From contig NW_026889771.1 of the NCBI RefSeq assembly GCF_033153115.1, positions 6,510,001 through 6,574,000 of the forward strand: a stretch of DNA of 64,000 nt, given 5' to 3'. The DNA is from Saccostrea echinata. Taxonomy: Eukaryota. Under the pieces are notes generated by a model. That model was given only the letters and a program-made list of their open reading frames with translations. It was not told where the DNA came from and did no database searches. This document shows, piece after piece, positions 52,585 through 62,163 of this stretch. Position 1 is the stretch's first letter. Every line of letters starts with the position of its first letter. Made by a program: the position numbers and the translations under genes.

Positions 52585-55500
52585 ATGATTTTCATTGATA
52601 ATAACAACGTGAAGTACGAGGTCTGCCAAGTAACGGTGACAGAGGATAGTAAAATTGAATTTACTTTAGAGAATGAACCAGGCAAGAGGGTCATTGAACA
52701 GATGCCACATAAGTTTACTCCATTACACACTGGAACATTACATCCAGAAATAACCCCCGTCCAGCCGGGGGAACATCGAAAATGTAAACTGTGTGAAAAA
52801 CGGTTCACAGACACAGAGTCGTTAGAAAAGCACATGGGTTTACACACATATGGCAGGGGATATAACTGTGAAGTATGTGGGAAATCTTTCAGTGCCAAGT
52901 CCTTCCTAAAAGTCCACATGATGATTCATACAGGGGAGAGGCCTTTTGTCTGTGAAATTTGCAACAAGGGATTTTCCAGAAGTTCCAACCTAAAGGCACA
53001 CCGTCTTACTCACACGAAGGAAAAGCCTTTTAAATGTGACTTCTGTGAGAAAGTTTTCACTCATCCGTCTAACATGAAGAAACACATAAACTCACAGCAC
53101 TCGGAAGGAAGGCCTTATAAATGTGAATACTGCGATAAAAGCTACAAACTATCCAAGCATCTAAGAAGACACATTTTGGTTCATAATGTAGATAAAGATA
53201 AAGTAAAGTATGCCTGTAATATTTGTGACAGATTATATTCTTCAAAAGAAGCAGTAATTAGACACAAAAAGCAGCACAAGTTGCCTCCAGCAAGTGATGT
53301 TTCTGAAATGTCTGATTTAGTTGGTGAAGAGCTCTTTACCGATGAGAATGGTATTCTGCAAGTAAAACGAGAGGTTGTAATTCCCCCCGAGAAAATCCAG
53401 ATTGAAATGCCGTCCCCTGTAAAACTAGTACCAAAAAGGGTGGTGAATACAATGATGAAGTGTGAGCATTGCACAAAAAGATTTGTGAATCAAGTGGACC
53501 TGGACAAACACTTGACTCTACATACAGGAGAAAGACCTCACAAATGTCTAGTCTGTCACAAGGCCTTCAACGCAAAGTCATTTCTGAAGGTCCACATGGC
53601 CACACACTCCAGTGAGAAGCCGTTCAAGTGTGATGTATGTGGAAAAGGTTTTAACCGACCCTCAAACCTGAAGGCTCATAGAATAACTCACGATAATCCA
53701 AAGCCATACCCTTGTAATATCTGTGGAAAGATGTTTTCCCATCCCTCAAATGTCCAGAAGCATATCAGAATACACACAGATGAGAGGCCTTACCAATGTG
53801 AATATTGCGATAAAAATTTCAGACAATCCAAGCATTTGACCAGACACATGCTTATACACACATCAGCGCCCGGTTCACTTAGATGTGCTCGATGTGATAA
53901 AAGATTTTTAGATGAAGAGGAGTACCTAAGGCATAAGCGAGAACATGAGCTGAAAAAGCAGTTCCAGTGTGAAGTTTGTGACAGAACTTTTTTCCGTTCA
54001 TCACATTTGAAAAGACACATTCGAACCCATACCTCAGGAAGAGCAAATCCATGTGATTATTGTGGAAAGCCATTTAACTCCATAGCAAACCTTAGGAGGC
54101 ATCTGATGATAAATCATAAAAAAAATACCAAACATCAGTGCCAGGTCTGTGGTCAAATGATTCTTCAGCCATCTCATCTAGAAAAACACATTAAAGAACA
54201 TCAGTGCCCTGTTGTCAATGTGAAGGAAGGAGAAAGTATTTTCCCAGAGGAAAACAACACAGATGAAAGGGCCTATAAGTGTTACCTCTGCAAGAAAACG
54301 TTTAAGCAACACACTTTTCTGAAGAAGCACCTCGAAATGCACAACAGTAAGGTTCTGTACAAGTGTGGGGTTTGTGAGAAAATTTATCCTTCTATGGCAG
54401 GCATGAAAAAACATATGGAAATGCATGGTGATGGTCCATTTAAATGTTTTGTATGCTCAGTAGAATTTGAGGAGTATTTGGACTTGAAAGAGCATCAAAA
54501 TATACATCAAAACAGTGAAGAGGAGAAAAAATATGCTTGTGACCTGTGTAAAAAACGTTTCAAATATCGACTGTCTCTTAGAAAGCACAAGGAACTGCAT
54601 AATTTAGAGGAGCCAGTTGCTACAATCTTTCAATGTGAAATTTGCTCACAAACTTATCACAGCCGTGCCTCTCTTTCAAGACACTTGAAAACTCATGAAG
54701 TGCAGTCTCTCGAGATAGAGGGGGATGGAGGAGTGTCCCAGACAATACATTACGTGTTAGATCACAGTGTTCCTATTTCAAATGAAATGGAGCTTCAAAA
54801 CCAGACAGTCCAATTACTACCAAGTAATGAGGCTACTGATGAAGTAGCCGAAATTGAAATTCCAGCCAATGCAGTTCAATATTTTACAGAGGAAGGAGGA
54901 CAGCAAGTATTACACATTGCCTTCAATGATATAGAAAATCAGATATCAGAAACAGTCCAGTCAGTACAAGTGATATCTTATGGGGCAGATGGAAATGTCG
55001 AGGTACAAGAAGTTGCAGCTGATAACAGTAAGAGAACAGAATTGCAGATAGCTACTGATGATTCTGTTAGGAGAAAGGACTTTCCAATTCCTGCAGCCCA
55101 TAATGGAAAAACAGAATATCAGGTCATTGAGACAGACAGGCAAGGAAATCCAGATGTGCTTGTAGTAACTGCCGATAAATGTCAGAATGAAAAACGTCAA
55201 ATTGTTGCCAGCAACATCTCTAACAATGCAGATAACCATTCTTTTACAGCAGATGGCAGAGGAATAAGATTGACATCAGCAAATTATCAAGTTGCTACAA
55301 GTAGCAGTCAGAAAAACACAGGAGCACATGTTGCTGTGGTAGATGGCAAAATGATTAGTGATACTTCTGCAAATTATCAAATTGTTACCTCCAGTAACCA
55401 GAATGTAGAAAGACATGTTGCTGCAGTGGATGCTAAAGCTGCTAGTGTAGCACTAAAATCTGTTAGATTTAAGAACATTCAAACTGTTACAGAGGTGCAA

Positions 55501-55965
55501 CAATCAAAAGAGGATCCAAATACAATGACTGTGATGAACTTCAGTGAAGGAACCTCTGATGGCAAGGATCCATTTGAGAGCATATCATTGGTGTTGTCTG
55601 ATGAATCTGGAAAACAGTATATCCAGGTCCCATCAGAAATTCTCAACAAAGCAATCAAACTTCAGTCATCTTCAGCAGAACCAATGGTTTGCACTGAACC
55701 AAGTTCAAAAACACATCCCTTGGACAACAGTTCCTCTGTTGAAACTGTAAATATTATCTATGAAGAAGCCCCTACAGGAAGTGAAATTTCAAGTACCGAA
55801 GGACTCATCCAACTAGCAGAAAGAGCTATACATTCAGAAGTGAATGGACCTGAACATTTAGCAGAGACTGTTGTTATTTTTGAGTCACCCTCTAAAGTTT
55901 CCAACTCAGATCATTCCTATGTTAATGTCGCTGAAGAAGGTATTCAGCCTGGTCTAGATGTGTGA
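52585..55965 (+). CDS. C2H2 zinc-finger protein with 20 fingers in a single coding exon (~1126 aa)
   Basis: The ORF 52561-55965 has its first in-frame ATG at 52585. It has 20 CxxC..HxxxH fingers with TGE(R/K)P-type linkers and an acidic low-complexity C-terminus. Acceptor at 52486 and upstream donor at 51391. Confidence 0.93.
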   Translation: MIFIDNNNVKYEVCQVTVTEDSKIEFTLENEPGKRVIEQMPHKFTPLHTGTLHPEITPVQPGEHRKCKLCEKRFTDTESLEKHMGLHTYGRGYNCEVCGKSFSAKSFLKVHMMIHTGERPFVCEICNKGFSRSSNLKAHRLTHTKEKPFKCDFCEKVFTHPSNMKKHINSQHSEGRPYKCEYCDKSYKLSKHLRRHILVHNVDKDKVKYACNICDRLYSSKEAVIRHKKQHKLPPASDVSEMSDLVGEELFTDENGILQVKREVVIPPEKIQIEMPSPVKLVPKRVVNTMMKCEHCTKRFVNQVDLDKHLTLHTGERPHKCLVCHKAFNAKSFLKVHMATHSSEKPFKCDVCGKGFNRPSNLKAHRITHDNPKPYPCNICGKMFSHPSNVQKHIRIHTDERPYQCEYCDKNFRQSKHLTRHMLIHTSAPGSLRCARCDKRFLDEEEYLRHKREHELKKQFQCEVCDRTFFRSSHLKRHIRTHTSGRANPCDYCGKPFNSIANLRRHLMINHKKNTKHQCQVCGQMILQPSHLEKHIKEHQCPVVNVKEGESIFPEENNTDERAYKCYLCKKTFKQHTFLKKHLEMHNSKVLYKCGVCEKIYPSMAGMKKHMEMHGDGPFKCFVCSVEFEEYLDLKEHQNIHQNSEEEKKYACDLCKKRFKYRLSLRKHKELHNLEEPVATIFQCEICSQTYHSRASLSRHLKTHEVQSLEIEGDGGVSQTIHYVLDHSVPISNEMELQNQTVQLLPSNEATDEVAEIEIPANAVQYFTEEGGQQVLHIAFNDIENQISETVQSVQVISYGADGNVEVQEVAADNSKRTELQIATDDSVRRKDFPIPAAHNGKTEYQVIETDRQGNPDVLVVTADKCQNEKRQIVASNISNNADNHSFTADGRGIRLTSANYQVATSSSQKNTGAHVAVVDGKMISDTSANYQIVTSSNQNVERHVAAVDAKAASVALKSVRFKNIQTVTEVQQSKEDPNTMTVMNFSEGTSDGKDPFESISLVLSDESGKQYIQVPSEILNKAIKLQSSSAEPMVCTEPSSKTHPLDNSSSVETVNIIYEEAPTGSEISSTEGLIQLAERAIHSEVNGPEHLAETVVIFESPSKVSNSDHSYVNVAEEGIQPGLDV

Positions 55966-56108
55966 TTGGTTACATTATTATTGGAAGTCCGACTTTTGAG
56001 CTATCTTTTTTTATTTGATAATTATTGTATTAATGCTTGGATGAGATTAGCTCAGATCTGCAGTTCACTGGCCTGAAAACACTGATTTGCTCATGATCAT
56101 CCTAACTT

Positions 56109-58580
56109 TTTAGGTCACCTGAGTAAACTCAGGTGACCTATTGCTATCTGTTTTCGTCCGTCATCGTACGTCGTATGTCGTTCGTAAACTTTTGAACATT
56201 TTTAGCTTCTTCTCTGGAACAACTGGACCAATTACATCCAAATTTGGTATACAGCATTTATGGGTGAAGGGGAACAAAATTGTGAATTTCATGGTCCCTG
56301 CCCCCCTGGGGCCTGAGGGGTGGGGCTAAAACCACCAAAAATAATGCAATCTTTAAAAATCTTCTTCTTTACTCCTGGACATCAGGCAGTCAAACTGTTG
56401 GCATCATTGTAATAAGCATTGAGCCCTCTACCAAATTGTGAAATTCATGGCCCCAGGGTGGGGCTATATAGATCATATAGTGAAAGTGCATTATTTCTTT
56501 GAAAATCTTCTTCTCTGCTCCTGGGTATTAAATAAAGTTACTAAGTACATAGTTATGATGAGCAAGAGTGCCTCTTCCAAAATTCTGAAATTCATGGCCC
56601 CAGGGTCAGGGGTTCTGGTGTTAGGGAGGGGCTCTATTGATTATATAGTGAAAATGCATTAATTCTTTGAAAATCTTCTTCTCTGCTCCTGGGTATTATT
56701 TAAACAACCTAAGTGCATGGTTATGATGCATAAGGATGCCTTTTCCAAAATTGTGAATTTCATGGCCCCAGGGTCAGGGGTTCTGGTGTTAGGGCGGGGC
56801 TCTATTGATTATATAGTGAAAATGCATTAATTCTTTGAAAACCTTCTTCTTTGCTCCTGGGTATTAAATAAAGTAACTAAGTACATAGTTATGATGAGCA
56901 AAAGTGCCTTTTCAAAAATTGTGAATTTCATGGCCCCAGGGTCAGGGGTTCTGGTGTTAGGGCGGGGCTCTAATGATTATATACTGAAAATGCATTAATT
57001 CTTTGAAAATCATCTTTTCTACTTCTGGATATTTAATAAAGTAACTAAGTACATAGTTATGATGTGCAAGAGTGCCTCTTCCAAAATTGTGAATTTCATG
57101 ACCCCAGGGTCAGGGGTTCTGGTGTTAGGGCGGGGCTCTATCGACTATATAGTGAAAATGCATTGATTCTTTGAAAATCTTCTTCTCTGCCACTGGAGAC
57201 TATTTAAACAAACTAAGTGCATGGTTATGATGCATAAGGATGCCTTTTCCAAAATTGTGAATTTCGTGGCCCCAGGGTCAGGGGTTCTGGTGTTAGGGCG
57301 GGGCTCTATTGATTATATAGTGAAAATGCATTGATTCTTTGAAAATCTTCTTCTCTGCTACTGCAGATTATTTAAACAAACTAAGTGCATGATTATGATA
57401 GACAAGGATGCCTCTTCCAAAATTTTTAAATATATGGCCTCAGTTTTTGGGGTTCTTGAGGAGGGGGAGGGGGGGCTCTATTGATTATATAGTGAAAAAG
57501 CATTAATTCTATTAATTAATCATTAATTAATCCTGTCGGCTCCTTAGTGTTGAGCTGATAAATAAATTGCTTAGCTATGATGAAAATGGGAGCTTCGAAC
57601 AGAATTTTTAAATCTTGTGGTCCTAGGGTCAGGGGTTCTGGCATAACGAAGGGGGGGGGGGGGGGGGGCTTTTGATAATATAGTGAAAAGTGTTAATTCT
57701 TTGAAGTCCATAGTAATGATGATGAGGATAACTCTTCCGAATTTGTAAATTTCTTGACCCTTGGTCTTGGGTTCTGCTGTTAGGGTAAGGCTTTGTTGAA
57801 TCTGTAGTGAAAATGCATTGTACCTGTGAAATTCTTCTCTGCTTCTGGGCATATCGGAAGCAAACTGAGTAAAAGTTTAAATGATATGAGTAAGCGTATT
57901 TCTACCAGATTTTTAAACATCTGGACCATTCGTCTAAGCATTCTGGTCCTGGGCAGGGCTCTTTTAATTCGTATTCTACTGAGAGAAGTTATTCCCCTTT
58001 TCCATTCACCTTTGATAATTAATCACTGTTAATAATGTATTTGAAAGGTTAATAGAATAAGATAATTATGCAAGAATGTTTATTGTATAATTAAAAAAGT
58101 ACTTTCTTTTTTTAATAATCAGGTAGACATGTAAGTAATAGATAAATAAAAATGAGACAAAAATAACTTATCTTATTAAAAGTTCTCTAAAGACCATAAG
58201 AGAGGTCAATGCTAGAGGTCTTAATATGGGTTTAAAAATAGTACAGAAGCACTAATAGTTTGTTAATAGTCTGCATGGTGATAGTGTAAAGTGGGGGACA
58301 GATTAGAACTCAATTTCTGAGTTGATAGTGAATAATACTAGACTAATTATTTTGTTGATCCTGATCTTCCTACCTCTCTTGTTTTTGTTCCTCTGCTCTG
58401 CCTCTGGGTATTAAGTAATCAAAGTAAGCATGCTAACTGTATAGTTATGATGAGCAATAGTGCCTCTTTCAAAATTGTGAATTACATGGCCTCTGGTTTA
58501 AAATACAAACCAAATTCAATTGTTGGAAAGTTGTTACACGATACTCAGGTGACCTATAAGGCCCGTGGGCCTCTTGTTTT
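56109..58580 (+). mobile_element. HINE with internal ~168-bp tandem array, 145 bp downstream of the ZNF stop
   Basis: 5' taggtcacctgagtaaactcaggtgaccta hairpin, (CGTC)-like microsatellite, units marked by ttcatggccccagggtcaggggttctgg at ~168-bp period, then 3' ctcaggtgaccta plus the aggcccgtgggcct palindrome and ttgttt. Confidence 0.88.
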
Positions 58581-58833
58581 TAAACCTGTGAACTACAGAT
58601 TTGCAGCTAGAATGAGGAATTTTTTTCTAATCTATGCTGCATTGAGTTGATGTTTTGAATTTTGGTTTAATTTGTATATCTTTATATCGTTCATTATGAA
58701 AGCTTTTCAACAAACTTTTCAGTTCTGTTTGTCATTTTTATTGTAAAGGACTATATAGAATGGTTATTTAATTCATAGCTCTTTCTCTTTCTATATGTAA
58801 TCACTCCACCATGGAGCCAAGGTTAATCCAGTA

Positions 58834-58836
<3 letters not shown>

Positions 58837-58897
<61 letters not shown>
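58837..58897. repeat. (TA)n microsatellite
   Basis: Pure TA run. Confidence 0.97.
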
Positions 58898-58900
<3 letters not shown>

Positions 58901-59339
58901 CCTTTATGCCCGTGATATTGACTTGGGTGGAGCTTATTTATTGTCTAATACATGATAGAAATACATGTACGTCATTGGGACATGCTGAACTTGTAGGTTT
59001 TTTCCTCATTACCAATTTCATAATACAATGTACATGTACAAGTTTCCATATTCAAATACTGTTCATTCTGTGTTGACAATAACTATGATAGAAATAATCA
59101 ACAAATTCTGGTATACATGTATTTTCTTCCAAGAAAGTAAGGGTGTCTTTAGTAAAATTTATTATTTTTTCCTACTTGGCTAAATTTAATGGAACTCTGA
59201 TTGTATGCATTACTTGCACATATTTTTTTTCTTAATTGTTACCTGCATGAACTTGAAAACACTGATAAATAAAGGCATAAAAATCCTCCAGTCATATACT
59301 TGAGATTTTTTGAGGCTATATTTTCATACAAGTCATATA

Positions 59340-59640
59340 AAAACACCTTTTCACTTCGCGTTAAATTATTAAATTAGATCTTTGATCCGCACCAACTAGA
59401 TCGCTATGCTACATAAAGCTTTGTGTAGCGATCCAGCAGATCAAAAAACTCATTTTAATTAGATTGCTCGCATTACAACACCTTTTTCAGAGGCATTATA
59501 ACGTCTTTCAATCTCCCCATCACACCTTTTAAATAGATGTAATAACGCAATATAAGACCTTTTCGATACTCATTAAAACGCCTCTTTTTAGCGTTCTTGC
59601 AAATTGGTTGGATTATAACACCTTTTCACTTTACGTTATG
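59340..59640. repeat. Degenerate dispersed repeat of acaccttttc-like motif
   Basis: About six copies of (a)cacctttt at irregular spacing, probably a TE remnant. Confidence 0.45.
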
Positions 59641-59924
59641 TAATGCTTTTTTTTTTTTAAAAAAAATATTGAGATTGAGATTGTCTACAGGTTAAAACGT
59701 GTTAAATGGAAGGGGTAAATGTTCGAGAGGAAGGTTTCACGTGTTCTAATTATTGAGTTTCTATACCTTGACATAATTCCACCAAAAATGAAACAATCAA
59801 TTCAATAAATAATATTTATTTCTCTTATTAATTACAATAAAGCATGATTTGGAAGGAAAGGTAAATGAAACATATGAATTCAACAATGTTTTTGAAAAAG
59901 TTAGTTTCTTCATCGTGTCAGTGT

Positions 59925-62091
59925 TTACTTCAGACCGAGGAACCTTTTTAATCGATCCTTGAGTGGCATCTTTCCTTTTCTTGCCTACAAAAATAAAAAA
60001 ATCCAAAAAATTGTCCTGCTAAGTATAAATAAATCATAATCATATACTAGAATATTACGTCTGTCTTCTTAAATTCTGTACCTTTTGTGTACGAGGTGAT
60101 GTGGTGCTTTCTATGTTCTGTGGTAGTACATTGCTTTCTTTGACGTCAGCTTTTATTCTGCTATCACTGACGTCCTTCAACTGACAGTGTTCCATTTCCT
60201 TTTCTTCTACTTTCAGATCACTCTGAAGTTACACATGAAGAGAAAGGATTTATAGCAAAGTAAAAATTTTAATTATAAAATGACCCAAAAAAATCGACAA
60301 AAAGACCATAAATAAATTCCAATTATTTCATTTTCAAGTTTTGTAACTGAGTTGTCTCCCTGTGCCTGTTATGCATTCCTTAGTTATAGACTATATTTCA
60401 AGGAACACTAAAATTATTGGCTATAGTTATAGCAAAAATAAAATTAAGCCCCCTTAATTGAGAAAAAAATCCATAAAACAATGTTTTTTCTATGGAAGGT
60501 TTATAATTATTATGTGTATAGTGATTCTCAATTCAAAAATGGATTTTAATGGAAGTATAATGTATATATAGTCATTTAATAAGGACATACAGCTATGTGT
60601 AATTGATTCAACTGGATTAATAAAAAATACCTTTGAGAGAGTCTTGAAGGTGACAATATTAAACAACAACAGCTTTCTTGGCACAAAATGTTCTCGTTCC
60701 GACTCTTTCTTTGCATGGCGACTCTGTAAAATACAATTACATTTTAATATTGTTATTTCAAACATATAAGAACTGAATACATAATGATACAGGTACTCAG
60801 TAATAGCTCTGTCTGAATTCAACCAGTTTTATGATTTTTATCACACACAGAATAATATATATCTGCATACAATTTGATTTTGTTATTTGGAACAGGGTAA
60901 TACTTTGAAATTTTTTTTTTCTATTTTACTCTACTGCTATAACATAATAGAAAATAATGAAATTGAAAATTAAATACATATTTTATAATGACATATATTT
61001 CCTTACCAGAAGCTCTTTGTGAATTGTTTTCACAATTTGTTTAACTTTTTCCTTTTCTTGAAGTCTTGTCTACAAGAAAATCACATTTTTTTACTTTTAG
61101 TAAAATAACTAAATAAAATGTATCTTAATGAATGCAAATAATATTTTGATCTCTTACCAAAAGCTCCTTGTGGACTTTTTGAAGACATTGTCGATGAACC
61201 ATCTTAACTTGGATGCTTGTCTGAAAAAAAAATCTNNNNNNNNNNNNNNNNNNNNNNNNNNNNNNNNNNNNNNNNNNNNNNNNNNNNNNNNNNNNNNNNN
61301 NNNNNNNNNNNNNNNNNNNNNNNNNNNNNNNNNNNNNNNNNNNNNNNNNNNNNNNNNNNNNNNNNNNNNNNNNNNNNNNTTATTTTCTTTAGTCGAATAT
61401 TCGATTGCATTATTCGAACGATAGTCGAATATATTCGAAACTTTTTCGGAAACTAAAATTTTATTTCAAACTTCACTGGTACATCACATATTTAACCCCA
61501 AATTCCCCTTTTTTAAATTGATTAAAAAGTTACATCAAATGTTACACACAGATGTTCACATGGACTTAAAATGTAGATAGCGTGTTTATATTTACTTAAT
61601 AAAGACCGCTAATTTCTCCAAAATGTAGGATCTCCCCGTCAATCATGTTCATAAGTCGGTTTTTAGGAAGCATAAAAAAATGACAGTGTGATATATTTTT
61701 TAAAGCTTATTAAAATGATGGGGGGGGGGGGCACAAACGGTGACCTTCATAATGTTAAGTATTTGAATATACTTGAGGTCCAATTAATAATTTTAGAAAG
61801 AAAGCGCAGTATGGCGAGATAATTTTATTACAAAACAACACATTAATTGACAAATAATTCTCGCGGAAGCATTTCTAATCACTGTACTTTCTACGTGTAA
61901 AGTCAGCAGTTTTTAATGAGGAAAATTATCTTATCGACTGTGTCCGAGGAAAGACGGTTTCTCAATTTTAGTATGAGAATTCCATCTCTTTATCACTCTT
62001 TTATTGAATTTATTTATTCGAATGTCGTTTCGTTATTCGATCGTCGGTCCATTCGACTGATGGTCGAATAGTCGACTATTCGTCGACATCC

Positions 62092-62163
<72 letters not shown>

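Noticed and set aside
259-58580. DNMT3 + multi-ZNF + repeats as a dedicated TE-silencing gene cluster
   Set aside because: The genes are ~40 kb apart with unrelated genes between. No KRAB/ZAD/BTB effector domain is seen in the ZNF, and co-location alone is not evidence.
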